Source: Stegostoma tigrinum (lineage: Eukaryota). Taken from it: 64,000 bases of DNA. The notes beneath the pieces are model-generated. The model was given only the letters and a program-made list of their open reading frames with translations, was not told the DNA's origin and ran no database searches. Positions 1-13,915 of this stretch are shown in pieces. How positions within the stretch are numbered: the first letter of the stretch is position 1; the number at the start of each line of letters is the position of its first letter. The position numbers were made by a program, and so were the translations under genes. Location: positions 2,976,001-3,040,000 of the forward strand of contig NC_081358.1 of assembly GCF_030684315.1 (NCBI RefSeq). Direction: 5' to 3'.

Positions 1-1121
1 AAGAGGTTATAGACTCAGAGTGGAGTTGTCTCATGGAAGGATTTGATAAGAGTTTTAAAATGAGGCACAGAATATTTTACAATTCCTGTCATCAATTAAC
101 TTCAATATTATTCATCCAATTTCAAAGCTTAAATTTACTTTTGGTAAATTGCAAATTGCAATGATGAATATGATCATTTATGGGATTTGAAAGAAAACAT
201 AAAATTTGAATGATGTTGTTAAAACTCAACTGGGATCACTCATGTCCTGCATGGAAGGAAATTATTCAACATGACTTGGCGTGGCCTACATATCACTCTA
301 GGCACATACTGTGTGCAACTACCAGCTTAATTAAAAGATAAAAAGATCAATATAAGCAAAAACAGAAATTGCTAGAGAAACTCAGCAGGTCTGGCATTAA
401 CTGTGGAAAAAAAGCAGAGTTAATGTTTAGGGTCCAGTGACCCTTCTTCAGAACTGAAGTCCTAATGGATAAAGCTTTGATTTTTTTGTGATCTCTGCCA
501 GAGTATTATTCTTCCCCCAGGTGTAGATTTTCTCTGGTACAGGGAGGCCAGTATTTATTCTCAATAAATTTAACCAAAAAATTGTGTGGTCGTCATCACA
601 ATGCTGTTTGTGGGAGTTTGCTGATGTGAAATTGGCTGCTATGTTTCTGCAGAAATGACTGAATTTTAGTATATGTTTCATTGACCTCAAAAAGTTGGGC
701 ACAAGTAGTGATTATGAAAGGTATTACATAAATGCAAAACTTCATTTTAGTTTTCATTCAAAGCACAGGTTAAAGTGCCAGTCTTGCCCTTGTTGTTAAT
801 TTGAAACCACCAGTGCTCATTGTCGGAGAGGTGGGGTGCGGTGAGCAATTGTGAACCCATAACTGTGTAAACCAGGTAGTTACAGGTATCCTGGTCCCTG
901 TCCCACTGCCCTGTAGTTTTTCTACCCATTTCAGAGCAGTCTGAGACGTATCTCAGATCCTATGTTCTGCTCTCAGAGAATGGGTCCTGACTTCTTTTGA
1001 TAGCAAAGAAATTCTGAGCTTGCTTAGGTGGGCAAGCATAAATATTTTATATGTACACACACAGATACCATATTTGTATGTATGTAACTTTAGAAGAGTC
1101 AATTGGAGACTAATAAAGATG

Positions 1122-1140
1122 TGGTGCCATCTAGTGGCAA
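1122..1140 (-). promoter_or_regulatory. Candidate CTCF site
   Basis: Reverse complement TTGCCACTAGATGGCACCA fits the CCAC(Y)AG(R)(K)GGC(R)C core; lies in apparently non-repetitive sequence. Confidence 0.5.
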
Positions 1141-1454
1141 CAATAGCATGAATCCATCCTGACCCTGATTCTGAGCCTTCAGCTTCTCTATCGTAAGTGT
1201 ATCAAATTCTGAGAGACCTAATTTTGCCTGTCAACCTTTTATAAAATAGCTGGTTGCTCAGAGCCCCTATCCAAAATTCTGACCTCTCAGCTTTGCACTG
1301 ATTGCCACAACTGGTTAATAGCAACTTGTCTTGGAAAAGAGCTGAGCAAAGTCTTTAAGCCAAACAGAGAGAGGTCGAATTGGCAATGCACATTTCCAGT
1401 TGTCACCTACACTCAGTTTGAAGGGAATGTTTGATCACACCCAATGCAGTATCA

Positions 1455-1698
1455 GAGATAGCAGGAACTGCAGATGCTGCAGAATCTGAGATAACAAGGT
1501 GAAGAGTTGGATGAACACAGCAGGCTAAGCAGCATCAGAGGAGTAGGAAGGCTGACATTTCGGGCCTAGACCCTGAAGAAGGGTCTAGGCCCGAAACACT
1601 ACTCTCTGATGAAGGGTCCAGGCCTGAAACGTCAGCTTTTGTGCTCCTGAGATGCTGCTTGGCCTGCTGTGTTCATCCAGCCTCACATTTTATTATCT
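1455..1698. mobile_element. Short head-to-head Penelope-like element (PLE) ends with hammerhead motifs
   Basis: Minus-strand PLE terminus joined to a plus-strand terminus; CTGATGAAGGGTCCAGGCCTGAAACGTC at 1606-1633. Confidence 0.75.
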
Positions 1699-1973
1699 GA
1701 GATCAAAATTAATCGTGTTGTCTGTCTAGACAACAGTTAACCTCAGTGAAAGTGAATTTATAATGTACAGAGTATTCTTTAACTTAATCATTTTGCCCTC
1801 TTATTCTCAAAAGTATCAAGTATCAAAATATCAAAAATCCCAAATATCAAATTATTCCCAAATACAAATTGTAAACAGTCAAAAGAAACTACACCAGTTA
1901 CCATTCTGCACTTCAATTGAAAAACATTAGCCAGAAATGCATAGCTGGCCAGCCTTCACAGTTCCTTTGTTCT

Positions 1974-2012
1974 CCTTCACCTCACCTCACGTCACTTCAT
2001 CTCACCTCACCT
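1974..2012 (+). repeat. Degenerate (CCTCA)n pentanucleotide microsatellite
   Basis: CCTTCACCTCACCTCACGTCACTTCATCTCACCTCACCT. Confidence 0.7.
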
Positions 2013-4321
2013 TGCCTGATGCCAGTTCACACCTCCAGTTTTCCATTGTACCCTGTCACTGACCAATCTCAGCCGCAAACCTGTGAAGAGGTGTGGTGCA
2101 ACGTCTGGGCATCTACCCAATAGGAGCAAAACCAATTCATCTCACCAAATAATCAATAGCCACAAAGCAGCCAAAAAGCAGTCAACACTGTGGATGCTGG
2201 CGATCTGAAAGAAAAGCAGAAAACTTTGTCATTCTCCACAGATGCTGCCAGACCTGCCAGGTTTCTCCTGAACCTACAGTTTTTAATTTAAACATAGAAC
2301 AGTGCCAGAAGATGCAGTGCTGGAAGATGATGTTTGCTGATACAGTGAAAAATAAGTGACATTATTAAAAAAGAATCTCTTATGGTCCAATAGACAAGGC
2401 CAGCACTTACTGGCCATTTCCATTGCCCTTGAGAAAGTAATGGTGAGTTACCCTGACAAAACACTTAGTTCATCTGGTGTAGATACACTCACAATGCTGT
2501 TAGAAAGCCAATTCCAGGGTTATTTTTACTGATGGACGTAAAACAAAATGGCTGTAAATCAGGATGATGTGTGGCTCAGAGGAGAACTTGCAAATGGTGA
2601 CATTCCCTTGTCCCTTCTGGGTGGTAAAGTGATGGCTTGGAAAATGCTGGTGAAGGAATTTTGATGAGTTGCTGTTATAGATGGTGCACAATACTGGTGG
2701 CTGTTCAGTATCAAATCAGTATCAAAATACTCAAAATGAGGGTTGCATCTTCTATACAATGAAGGTTGGCAACTTTCCTTCAAAATTCATGGATTCTTTG
2801 GGATGGAACATGGGAGGTGAAGGGAAACAAACGCATTTTCTTTGATCAGGGGAATCCAGAATCTAGGGCCTAATCTTTAAATTGTAGCCAAAGGTGATAT
2901 TAGAAAGAAATTCTTCACAAAAGGATGGTAGAAATCTGAAACTCTTTTTGAGAAGTTGTTGATGCTGGGAGTTAATTGGACTTCCAAATTGGAGATTTAC
3001 TTTGGTTTCTATGAGGTGTGGGAAATAAAGGTTTACACAGCAAGGTAGTTTGCAGATCAGGCACAATCTAATTTCATGGCAGAACATTCTAGAAGGCCTA
3101 ATGTCAACTTTTTGCTGTATAAACTGGTTGAACAGGAAAACCAGATGCAGTTTGAGTTAGTGGTATTTGGAGATGAGGGGAGAAAATGATTGTTATAAAG
3201 CAAACCAAAACATAATTGTGAGGGAAATGCTAGTGTGAGAATGTCAATCAAGTATAATTTGATTGAATAAAGCTTATTAATTTGTAAAATGTATGTTGAG
3301 AATGATGTAAATTTCAATGAGATAAACCATAGATTGTACAAATTATGCTTGTTTTTCTCCAGAATTTAAAATGTTAAGGGGTGAAATGATCAAAGTCTTC
3401 AGGATATTAAAAGGAAAAGACAGTGTATATCAATATAAATTATTTCCACTGCATGCAGATTTTAGTACAAGGGCCACAGCCTGAGAATGAGGGCCACACT
3501 GTTCAGGAGAAATGTTAAGAAACACTTCCACTCCACAGAGGGTAGTAGAATTTTGGAACTCTCTTCCACAAATGGCAATTAATGCTACATCAGTTGCTAG
3601 CTTCAAATGTGAAATACAATTTTTTCTGTTAAGCAAAGTAGTTAAGAAGAGATCAAATAGGCTTCTCAAGTTCTGTCTTCAGCAGTACAATTGAACTCTG
3701 TTCGATATTTTTACCATATGTGTGGGCCAGACCCCTTCAAGTCTGTCTTTCATGTGGGGCACAGTCGCCCTCTTAGCGAGGGCTCAGTTTGGAGAGCTCA
3801 ATGATACTCTGGTTTCTCCTTCAGAACACAATACTTTTATATGCTTCACCTTACAATAATTACATGCCACATTGATGTCATTATTCCTTCCCCCTTAATC
3901 TGTATATTCCATCTTGTGAAACACCTCGTCAATGATGGCCATCTCTATGGACATCACTGGGTTCCCCATGATCTTATGATGTTTACCAGACATTGTTATC
4001 ATCTGACCATGGGATCTTTTAATCTACCCCATTAATCTACATTCCACTGTTAACAGTTATATTTTTATCAGGCATTTCCCAGATTTGCTTATCTCTAACA
4101 ACTGCTCGAATTTTGTTATTCTACAGCAGTGAGACAAGTGTGAGGCTGGAAGGAGATGCAGTAATCAGAAATAACAAGTTGAAGAGACAGGTGAAGATGG
4201 AACACCACAGGGAGCAAGGAATGTCTGTTGGATTAAACTGCATGTATTTCAATGCAAGAGAGCTGACATATAAAACCGATGAACTCCAGGTGTGGATGTA
4301 GACATTGGGAACTGGGGCGTT

Positions 4322-4639
4322 ATTAGATTAGCTTACCTACAGTGTGGAAACAGGGCCTTTGGCCCAACAAGTCCACACCGCCCCTTGAAGCATCCCACCC
4401 AGACCCATCCCCCTATAACCCACACACCCCTGAACACTATGGGCAATTTAGCATGGCCAATCCACCTAGCCTACACATCTTTGGACTGTGGGAGTAAACC
4501 GGAGCACCTGGAGGAAACCCATGGAGACGCAGGGAGAATGTGCAAACTCCATACAGACAGTCACCCGAGGCTGGAATTGAACCCGGGTCCCTGGCGCTGT
4601 GAGGCTGCAGTGCTAACCACTGAGCCACTGTGCCGCCCC
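4322..4639 (-). mobile_element. tRNA-derived HE1/V-SINE-like SINE
   Basis: Minus strand GGGCGGCACAGTGGCTCAGTGGTTAGCAC...GGTTCAATTCC (A/B boxes), V-domain-like TGGAGTTTGCACATTCTCCC, CR1-like tail. Confidence 0.85.
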
Positions 4640-6541
4640 AAATAGCCATTACAGCCATTATAGAAACATGGCTAAGGGAGGGACAGCACTGGCAGCTTAA
4701 TGTGCCTGGGTACAGGTGCTTTAGATGGGACAGAGATGGAGGGAAGAGGAGAGGGGGAATTGTGTTTTTGACTAAATGCAGTATTGCAGCAGTAGTCAGA
4801 AATGAAATAACTGAGGGATCATCCAGTGAGGCTTTGTGTACTGAGCCAAGAAATAGGGAGGGGTTGATGATGTTATTGGGGTTGAACTATAGACCCCCAA
4901 ATAGTCAAGAGGAATTAGAGGAACAAATATTCAGGGAGACTGGGGAAGCTTGCAGGAGCAATAGGGTTGTCATTGTGGGGGATTGTGATTTTCGTAACGT
5001 AGACTGGGGCAGCCATAGTTTTAAGGGCTTGGGTGGGATGGAATTTGTTGAATGTGTTTGGGAACGTTTCCTCAAGCAATGTATAGAGAGTCCGACTTAG
5101 GAAGGGGCAAAACCCGACCTACTCATGGGAAATAGGGCAGGACAGGTGACTGATGTGACAGTGAGGGAATACTTTGGGACCAGTTCCCATAGGTCTATTA
5201 ATTTTGAAATAGTTAAAGAGGGACAAAATTTGTCCACATGTTCAAGTTCAAGTTGGGCCAAGGTGAATTTTGATGGAATTGGACAGGAGCTTGCAGGGGT
5301 TGACTGGAATAGTCTATTTGCAGGCAAAGGGACCTCTGACAAGTAGGGGGTCTTTAAAAATGTGATAGCTAGAGCTCAAGGTCTATACATTCCTGTGAGG
5401 TTGGAGGGCAGGGTTGGTAGGAGTAGGGAACCCTGGATGACAAGAGATATTGAGGCTTTGATCAGAAAAAAGAAGGAAGCATGGCTCAGTTACAGGCAAC
5501 TAGGATCAAAGGAATCCCTGGAGGTATATAGGGGGTGCAGGAGTTTACTGAAGAAGGAAATCAGGAGGGAGAAAAGGGGATACTAGATAGCTTTGGCTGA
5601 GAAAATTAAGGTGAATCCAAAGAGATTATTTAAGTATATTAAAGAAAAAAGAATAACTAGAGAGAAAATGGAAGCCCTCAAGGACCACAGTGGTCATATA
5701 TGTGTGGTACCATAGGAGATGGATGAGGTCTTCAATGAATGTTTACCGTGGAGAAAGATATGAAGGCTTCGGACCTTGGGGAAGTTAGTGGCAATTTCTT
5801 GGGAACAGACCATATCACAGTAGAGGAGGTGTTGGAAGTATTAGAATGTGCAAAGATGGATAAATCTCCTGATCCTGAACAGATATATGCAAGAACACTG
5901 CAAGAGGTTAGAGAAGAAATTGCAGGGGCCATATATTTGCATCATCCCTAGCCACAAGTGAGGTCCTGGAAGACTAGAGGGTAGCGAATACTGTGCCCTT
6001 ATTCAAGAGGGGCTGCAAAGAAAATCCTGGGAACTATAGACCAGTAAGCCTAACATCTGTGGTAAGTAAGTTACTTGAGAAGATTCTGAGGGATTAGATA
6101 CACATGCATTTGGAAACACAGGGTTTGATTAGGAGTAGTCAGCATGGCTTCGTGTATGGGAGATCATGCCTCACAAATTTATTACAGTTCTTTGATGAAG
6201 TGGCCAGGAAGGCTGGTAGGTGCAGGGCAGTAGGTGTAGTCCATATGGATTTCAGTAAGGCCTTTGAAAAAGTTCCACATGGTAGGCTGCTCTGAAGGGT
6301 AAGATTGCATGAAATCCCAGAAGAGCTGGCAAATTGGATATACAACTAGCTTGATGGTAGGAATCAGAGAGTAATACTGGAAGGATCTTTGTTGGACTGG
6401 AGGCGTGTGACAAGTGGTGTGCCTCAGCTGTTGGTGTTGGGCCCATTGTTGTTTGTTATCTATCTCAATGACCTGGATGAGAATGTACAAAGCAAGATTA
6501 ATAAGTTTGTGGATCATGGACACTGAGGAATGTTATCAGCA

Positions 6542-6731
6542 GGAAAAAAAAGTCTGGCTTGCTAATGTCCTTTAGGGAAGGAAACTGCCATCCTTACCTG
6601 GTCTGACCTACATGTGACACCAGACCGACTGCAATGTAATTGACTCTGAACTGCCCTCTGGGCAATTAGAGATGGGGAATTAATATTGCCTAGTCAGTGG
6701 CACCCTGTTCCCGTGAATGAATAATAAAAAA
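6542..6731 (+). mobile_element. SacSINE1/DeuSINE-like 3' fragment
   Basis: GGAAGGAAACTGCCATCCTTACCTGGTCTG...TGAATGAATAATAAAAAA interrupting the CR1; related copies at ~230-330 and 49860-50175. Confidence 0.6.
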
Positions 6732-7443
6732 GAACTTGATCAGCTGGGGAACTGGACTGAGAAATGGCAATCGGACTTTAATATAGATAAGTGTGAAGTG
6801 TTGCATTTTGGAAAGTCAAATCAATGTAGGAGCTTCATGGTGAATGGTAGGGCCTTAAGGACCATAGTGAAACAGTGGGACCTTGGCAGGGCAGCGAAGA
6901 AAGCTTCTGGTGCACTGGCCTTCATCAGTCAGGGCATTGAATACAGAAGTTGGGAAGCTATGTTGCAGTTGTAGAGGACATTGGTGAGGACACACTTGGA
7001 GTATTGTGTTCAGTTTCGGTCCCTTGCTATAGGAAGAATGTTAATAAACTGGAAAGTGTTTTGAAGAAATTTACAAGGACGTTACGAGGACTCAAGGGAC
7101 TGAGTTAAAGGGAGAGGTTAGACAATGCTAGGACATTTTTCTTTAGAACGTGTGTGAATTCTATCCCCCTTTTCAAGGGCCTTTTATGCTACAACAATGG
7201 TGTCCCTGCCTGCATTCAAGTTCCAACTGCTCCAGAGATGCGTCATTATACACGTGAGTAGTTTGATTGGTAATTAGTGTAAGACAATGATCAGAAATCA
7301 AGCTTGCAACCAGCCTCAGGAAATGTGGTATAGGCTCTACAGTGGGAAAGTGGGAGCTAATCTTTGGCAGCTGTTTCACCCATGGGTTGTTTTTAACTCA
7401 CATTTCTTGAGTATTTAATGAAACCTTGTTTCATTATAATTGT

Positions 7444-8645
7444 TAATGGGAACTGCAGATGCTGGAGAATCCAAGATAATAAAATGTGAGGCTGGATGAA
7501 CACAGCAGGCCAAGCAGCATCTCAGGAGCACAAAAGCTGACGTTTCAGGCCTAGACCCTTCATCAGAGAGGGGGATGGGGTGAGGGTTCTGGAATAAATA
7601 GGGAGAGAGGGGGAGGCGGACCGAAGATGGAGAGAAAAGAAGATAGGTGGAGAGAGTATGGGTGGGGAGGTAGGGAGGGGATAGGTCAGTCCAGGGAAGA
7701 CGGACAGGTCAAGGAGGTGGGATGAGGTTAGTAGATAGATGGGGGTGCGGCTTGGGGTGGGAGGAAGGGATGGGTGAGAGGAAGAACAGGTTAGGGAGGC
7801 AGAGACAGGTTGGACTGGTTTTGGGATGCAGTGGGTGGAGGGGAAGAGCTGGGCTGGTTGTGTGGTGCAGTGGGGGGAGGGGACAAACTGGGCTGGTTTA
7901 GGGATGCGGTGGGGTAAGGGGAGATTTTGAAACTGGTGAAGTCCACATTGATACCATTAGGCTGCAGGGTTCCCAGGCGGAATATGAGTTGCTGTTCCTG
8001 CAACCTTCGGGTGGCATCATTGTGGCACTGCAGGATCCTCCTGCAGTGCCACAATGATGCCACCCAAAGGTTGCAGGGCCTCCTGCAGTGCCACAATGAT
8101 GCCACCCGAAGGTTGCAGGAACAGCAACTCATATTCCGCCTGGGAACCCTGCAGCCTAATGATATCAATGAGGACTTCACCAGTTTCAAAATCTCCCCTT
8201 ACCCCACCGCATCCCTAAACCAGCCCAGTTTGTCCCCTTCCCCCACTGCACCACACAACCAGCCCAGCTCTTCTCCTCCACCCACTGCATCCCAAAACCA
8301 GTCCAACCTGTCTCTGCCTCCCTAACCTGTTCTTCCTCTCACCCATCCCTTCCTCCCACCCCAAGCCGCACCCCCATCTACCTACTAACCTCATCCCACC
8401 TCCTTGACCTGTCCGTCTTCCCTGGACTGACCTGTCCCCTCCCTACCTCCCCACCTATACTCTCCTCTCCACCTATCTTCTTTTCTCTCCATCTTCGGTC
8501 CGCCTCCCCCTCTCTCCCTATTTATTCCAGAACCCTCACCCCATCCCCCTCTCTGATGAAGGGTCTAGGCCTGAAACGTCAGCTTTTGTGCTCCTGAGAT
8601 GCTGCTTGGCCTGCTGTGTTCATCCAGCCTCACATTTTATTATCT
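7444..8645. mobile_element. 1.2-kb palindromic PLE insertion
   Basis: Arms ~7469-8034 (minus) and ~8077-8645 (plus) are near-identical. They encode the GIY-YIG C-terminus (RRLQEQQLIFRLGTLQPNGIN). Hammerheads at 7539-7566 (minus) and 8553-8580 (plus). Imperfect TSD at 7430-7443 and 8646-8659. Confidence 0.9.
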
Positions 8646-9349
8646 TTCATTATCATTGTGGTAATTTTCTTCCTATGCAAATATGAATGTCTAAAAATAG
8701 TTACTCCTGTTGCATTACTGTCCATGGAACGATATGATAATTGTCACCAGAGATAGATTTATCAATAAATCCATGACAAATGATCTAAATTGATAAATAA
8801 TGCAATGGTTACTTATAAAAGCGAATGACTTTTATGGGAATGCCTGACACCATGAATCATGGTATCCAATCTGCACATAAAGGTAACAGGATGGTTCTTG
8901 TGCTACAATGATAGTGTCTCTACCCCTGAGCCAGGTGGTCCAGATTCATTTCCTACATGCATTTAAGGTATGCTATAGCGTACCTGAAGAGGTAGATTTA
9001 AAGTATCTCTAATGTACGGCAGTGCATTCAGTGCTTTAAGCTCGCAACTTCCATAACGGTGGTTTACACCCATGAATTTCAGTTAAAAGTCGTTGCAGAC
9101 AAGTGATCTGAATCAGTCGAGATGGGATGTTTTATTTTATGTTATGAATTTCAACACTGACAGAGCTAGGGAAAGGTTACATTGCCTTCCAGTACTGCAG
9201 CGGTGGCTTGTTCAACCTGTGAACACGCAAACCACAAAAGCGACATTGAGATTGCAGTTGATGATATCAAGCTACATTTTCTTTTCTTTTTTAAAGAAAG
9301 AAATAAATACAGGAGGCTACCCTGAAGGATCATTTAGCAAACGGCATCA

Positions 9350-10455
9350 CATATAGACAGGGCGGTTAAAATGATGTTTGGCACACTTGCCTTCATTGCT
9401 CAGTCCTTTGAGTGTCGGAGTTGGGAAATCATGTTAAGGCTGTATAGGACATTGGTAAGGCTTCTTCTGGAAAACTGATAAAGGGTCTAGGCCTGAAGTG
9501 TCAGCATTCCTGCTCCTAAGAGCATTTCTGATAAAGGATCTAGGCCCAAAATGTCAGCTTTCCTGATCCTAGGCCTGCTGTGTTCACCCACCTCTACACT
9601 TTTTTATCTCTAGTCCTGGTTGCCCAGTTATAGGAAGGATATTATCAGGCTGGACAGGGTTCAGGTTAGATTCTCTACAGTGTGGAAACAGGCCCTTCAG
9701 CCCAACAAGTCCGCACCACCCCTTAGCGCATCCCACCCAGACCCATCCCCCTATAACCCACACACCCCTGAACACCATGGGAAATTTTGCATGGCCAATC
9801 CACCTAAACTGCACATCTTTAGACTGGGGGAGGAAACTGGAGCACCCAAAGGAAACCCACGGAGACACGGGGAGAATGTGCAAACTCCACACAGACAGTC
9901 TCCTGAGGCTGGAATCGAACCCGGGTCCCTGGCGCTGTGAGGCTGCAGTGCTAACCACTGAGCCACCATGCTGCCCTCAGAAGTGATTTACCAGATGTTG
10001 TTGGGTATGGAAGGTTTGATTTATAAAAAAAGGCTGGATAGACTGGGACTTTTTTCTCTGGAGCATAGGAGACTGAGAGGCAACCTGACAGGAGTTTATA
10101 AAATAATGAGAGGTATAGACAGAGTTAATGGTAGTTTTCTTTTCCCTAGGATGGGGGAATTCAAGACTAGGGGGCACCTTTTTTTTGGGTGAGACAAGAG
10201 AGATTTAAAAAAGACATGAGAGGCAATTTTTTTACACAGAGGATGGTTCATGTGTGGAAAGAACTTCCTGAGGAAGTGGTGGATGTGGGTACAATCACAA
10301 CGCTTAGAAGGTATTTGAATAAGTGCACGAATAGGAAAGGTTTGGGAGCATATCGGCCAGAAGCAGGCCAGGACTAGTTTAGTTTGGGATCATGTTCAGC
10401 ATGGACTGGTTGGACCAAACGATCTGTTTCCATGCTGGATAACTCCATGACTCTA
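9350..10455 (+). mobile_element. CR1 3' fragment with nested SINE and PLE ends
   Basis: RLGLFSLEHRRLRGNL...FFTQRMVHVW. Confidence 0.8.
9667..9976 (-). mobile_element. HE1/V-SINE-like SINE
   Basis: Closely similar to 4322-4639. Confidence 0.85.
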
Positions 10456-10889
10456 AATATTAAGGACTTTAGATGTCTCAGGGCTATGGGTCTTAGGGAA
10501 CATGATAGTAGGGCTATTTTTTTGTTTGCTTCAGTATTTTGTTGCCCATCTCTAACTGCTCTTGATAAGGAGTTAATGAATTTTTCTTGAATTGCCGAAA
10601 CAATGATACAGTTCAAGGCAGGATGGTGAGTGGCTTGGAGGAGAACTTGCAGATAGAGTGCTTCCATGCATCGGATGACATTGTCCTTCAGAATGCTAGA
10701 GGTTGTGAGTTTACAAAATACTGCCATTGTCCACCATGGCCAGAAATCTTCTGATAATGAGATCCTGAATTTAGAATAAAGCTGATGGCCCATGATAATT
10801 CAGCAGATCTATCTTGGAGGATGAGGGCACATATTATCATTAAAATCTGTACATCAATAATAACATCATCAGTATTACTTCTCTCTTTC

Positions 10890-12300
10890 ATCTCGAATTG
10901 GAAAATCTTAGCAATTTCATTTGCAATGTCTACTTAGCTCTCATCTTCACCTGGTCCATCTCTGACTGCTTCCTTCCCTGCCTCAACATCTCTGCTTCTA
11001 TTTCAGGGAATAGGCTAGCTGCCAATATCCACTACAAACCCCAAAACTCCCACAGATACCTTGACTGTACATCCTCACACACTGCTTCTTGGAAGGACTC
11101 TGTTCCATTTCTTCCAGTTCTTCCCTTTCTGTCGTATTTGTTCAGATCATGCCACCTTCCATAGGGGTTCTCAGAAATATCCACTTTTTCCTCAACAGAG
11201 AATTCCCCACTATCGTGGTTGAAATAACTTTCAGACATGTTCAAACCGCCTCCCATGTTTCTGTCCTCACCCCTTCTTTTCCCCTCCCACAAACCGATGT
11301 GGTCCCCAGTCCTCACCTTCCAGCCCATCACTCTCCACATCCAAATGATCATTAGCTGCCAATTCTAACACCTCCAATGTGATGCCACTACCAAAAACAT
11401 ATTCTTCTTCTGTCTTTTTTCAGCATTATGCAGGGTCCGTTCCATTCAGGACACCCTGATCCACTCCTCCTCCAGTCCCAACACATCCCAATACCCCCAT
11501 GGCACCTTCCCATGTAACCACAGAAGATGTAAAATGCTCTCTGATGAAGGGTCTAGGCCCGAAACATCAGCTTTTGTGCTCCTGAGATGCTGCTTGGCCT
11601 GCTGTGTTCATCCAGCTCCACACTTTGTTATCTTGGATTCTCCAGCATCTGCAGTTCCCATTATCACTGGTGTAAAATGTGCCTGTTTACTTCCTCCCCC
11701 CTCACTATCTAAGACCCCAGATGCACATTCCAGGAAAAGAAGCAACTTACTTGCACTTCACTCAATCTAGACTATTTCACTGCTTAGAGTGTGGTCTCCT
11801 CTACTGTGGGGAGTTGAGCTGCAGGCTCGGTAACTGCTTTGCAGAACACCAGTTTTCCATCTGCAATAATGACCCCGAGCCCTTGGTTGCTTGCAGTTCA
11901 ATACAGCACCATGTTCCCTGGTCAATATTTCTGTATCAGGCCTGCTGCAGTGTTCTAGTGAAAATCAGAGCAAGCCGGAAGATCAACATTTCATTTTCCA
12001 CCTGAGATCCCTGCAGCCTTCAGGACTCCATATTGAGGTCAATCATTTTAGGACCCAAGCACCTTCTTCCATGCTTTTACCCCAATCCCCACACCACCAG
12101 CCTTTGTCATCACATGTTATCATCACAGACAACACATTTCATGGACTAATGGTCTCCAATAGCAGCTTTTCTTCCTCCCCAGTTAAGGATTGTCCATTCC
12201 CTGGTCTGTTCTTCACTCTTTCTGGGCTCCATCTCCACTTATTTTTATTCCCCCCAGTGCCCATCTGTCTTCAACATATATACCAACCTTTTCTGAACCA
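10890..12300 (+). mobile_element. Degraded PLE (RT C-terminus and GIY-YIG) with a nested PLE end at ~11537-11668
   Basis: IHYKPQNSHRYLDCTSSH, CLECGLLYCGE, HLRSLQPSGL. Confidence 0.8.
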
Positions 12301-13915
12301 TAGATAACACGGTGTAGATCTGGATGAACACAGCAGGCCAAGCAGCATCAGAGGAGCAGGAAAGCTGACGTTTCAGGCCTAGGCCCTTCTTCAGAAATGG
12401 GGGTGGGGAAAGGGGTTCTGAAATAAATAGGAAGAGGGGGGAGGTGGCTAGAAGATGGATAGAGGAGAAGATAGGTGGAAAGGAGACAGGCAAGTCAAAG
12501 AGGAGGGGATGGCCAGTAAAGGAGAGTGTAGGTGGTGAGGTAGGAAGGAGATAAGTCAGCTCAGGGAGGACAGACAGGTCAAGGGGGCGGGATGAGGTTA
12601 GTAGGTAGGTGATGGGGTGGGGCTTGAGGTGGGAGGAGGGGATAGGTGGGAGGAAGGACAGGTTAGGCAGGCAGGGACAGGCTGGGCTGGTTTTGGGATA
12701 CGGTTGGGGGAGGGGAGATTTTGAAGTTGTGAAGTCCACATTGATACCATTGGGCTGCAGGATTCCCAAGCGGAATATGAGTTGCTGTTCCTGCAACCTT
12801 TGAGTGGCATCGTTGTGGCACTGCAGGTGGTCCAGGATGGACATACCATCTGAAGAATGCGAGAGGGAGTTGTAATGGTTCACGACTGGGAGGTGCAGTT
12901 GTTTAGTGCAAACTGAGCACAAATGTTCCACAAAGTGGCCCCCACACCTTCACTGAGTTTCCCCAATGTAGAGGAGGACACAACGGGAACAGTGGATATA
13001 GTATAACACATTGGCGGATGTGCAAGCGAACATCAGCTTGAAGTGGAAATTCTTCTTGGGGCTGAGATGAGGGTGAGGGGGGAGGTGTAGGGGCAGGTGT
13101 AGCACTTCCTGCTGTTGCAGGGAAAAGTGCCAGGTGTGGTGGGGCTGGAGGGGAGTGTGGAGCAGACAAGGGAGTCACAGATAGAGTGGTCCTTCTGGAA
13201 CACAGATGAGGGTGGGCAGGGAAAAATGTCTTTGGTGGTGGGGTTGGATTGTAGATGGCGGAAGTGTCAGAGGATGATGCGTTGTATCTGGAAGTTGGGG
13301 GGGGTGGTACGTGAGGACGAGGGGGATTCTGTTTTCGTTGTTATTGCCTGGAGGGAGTGTGAGGGATGTGTTGCAGGAAATGTGAGAGACCTGGTTGAAG
13401 GTGTTTTTGACCACTGAGGAGGGGAAGTTGCGGCCCTTGAAAAATGACGGCGTCTGAGATGTTCAGAAGTGGAATGGCTCATCCTACGATCAGATGCAAT
13501 GGAGGTGAAGGAATTCAGAATAGGGGATGGCATTTTTACAGGAAGGTGGGTGGGAGGAGTTGTATTCTAGGTAGCTGTGGGAGTTGGTGGGCTTGAAATG
13601 GGTATCAGTTTCCAGGTGGTTGACAGAGATGGAATCAGAGAGGTCCAGGCAGGAGAGAGAGGTATTGGAGATGGTCCAGGTGAATTTGAGGTTGGGGTGG
13701 AAGTCGTTGGTGAAGTAGATGAACTGTTCGAGCTCCACATGGGAGCACGAGGTGGTGCCGATATAGTCAACGATGTAACGGAGGAAGAGGTGGGATTTAG
13801 GGCCAGTGTAGGTACGGAAGAGGGACTGTTCCAAGTAACCTACAAAGAGGCAGGTATAGCTTGGGCCCATGTGGGTACCCATGGCCACCCCCTTTGTCTG
13901 TAGGAAGTGAAAGAG
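12301..13915 (-). mobile_element. PLE, RT to 3' pseudo-LTR, with an inverted end at ~13920-14092 and 16912-17030
   Basis: GVAMGTHMGPSYTCLFVGYLEQSLF...FLRYIVD, FKPTNSHSYLEYNSSHP, GIY-YIG C-terminus, hammerhead at ~12367-12394 (minus). Confidence 0.88.

Larger units (their letters stand above)
4130..7152 (+). mobile_element. Degraded CR1-clade LINE ORF2 (endonuclease and RT) with nested SINEs
   Basis: Fragments CMYFNAR, IAITAIIETWL, YRPPN, QHGFVYGRSCLTNL, MDFSKAF broken by stops and frameshifts. Confidence 0.9.

Noticed and set aside
4292-4658. ORFs and tRNA-like A/B boxes repeated at 9584-9986
   Set aside because: SINE bodies, not genes or tRNAs.
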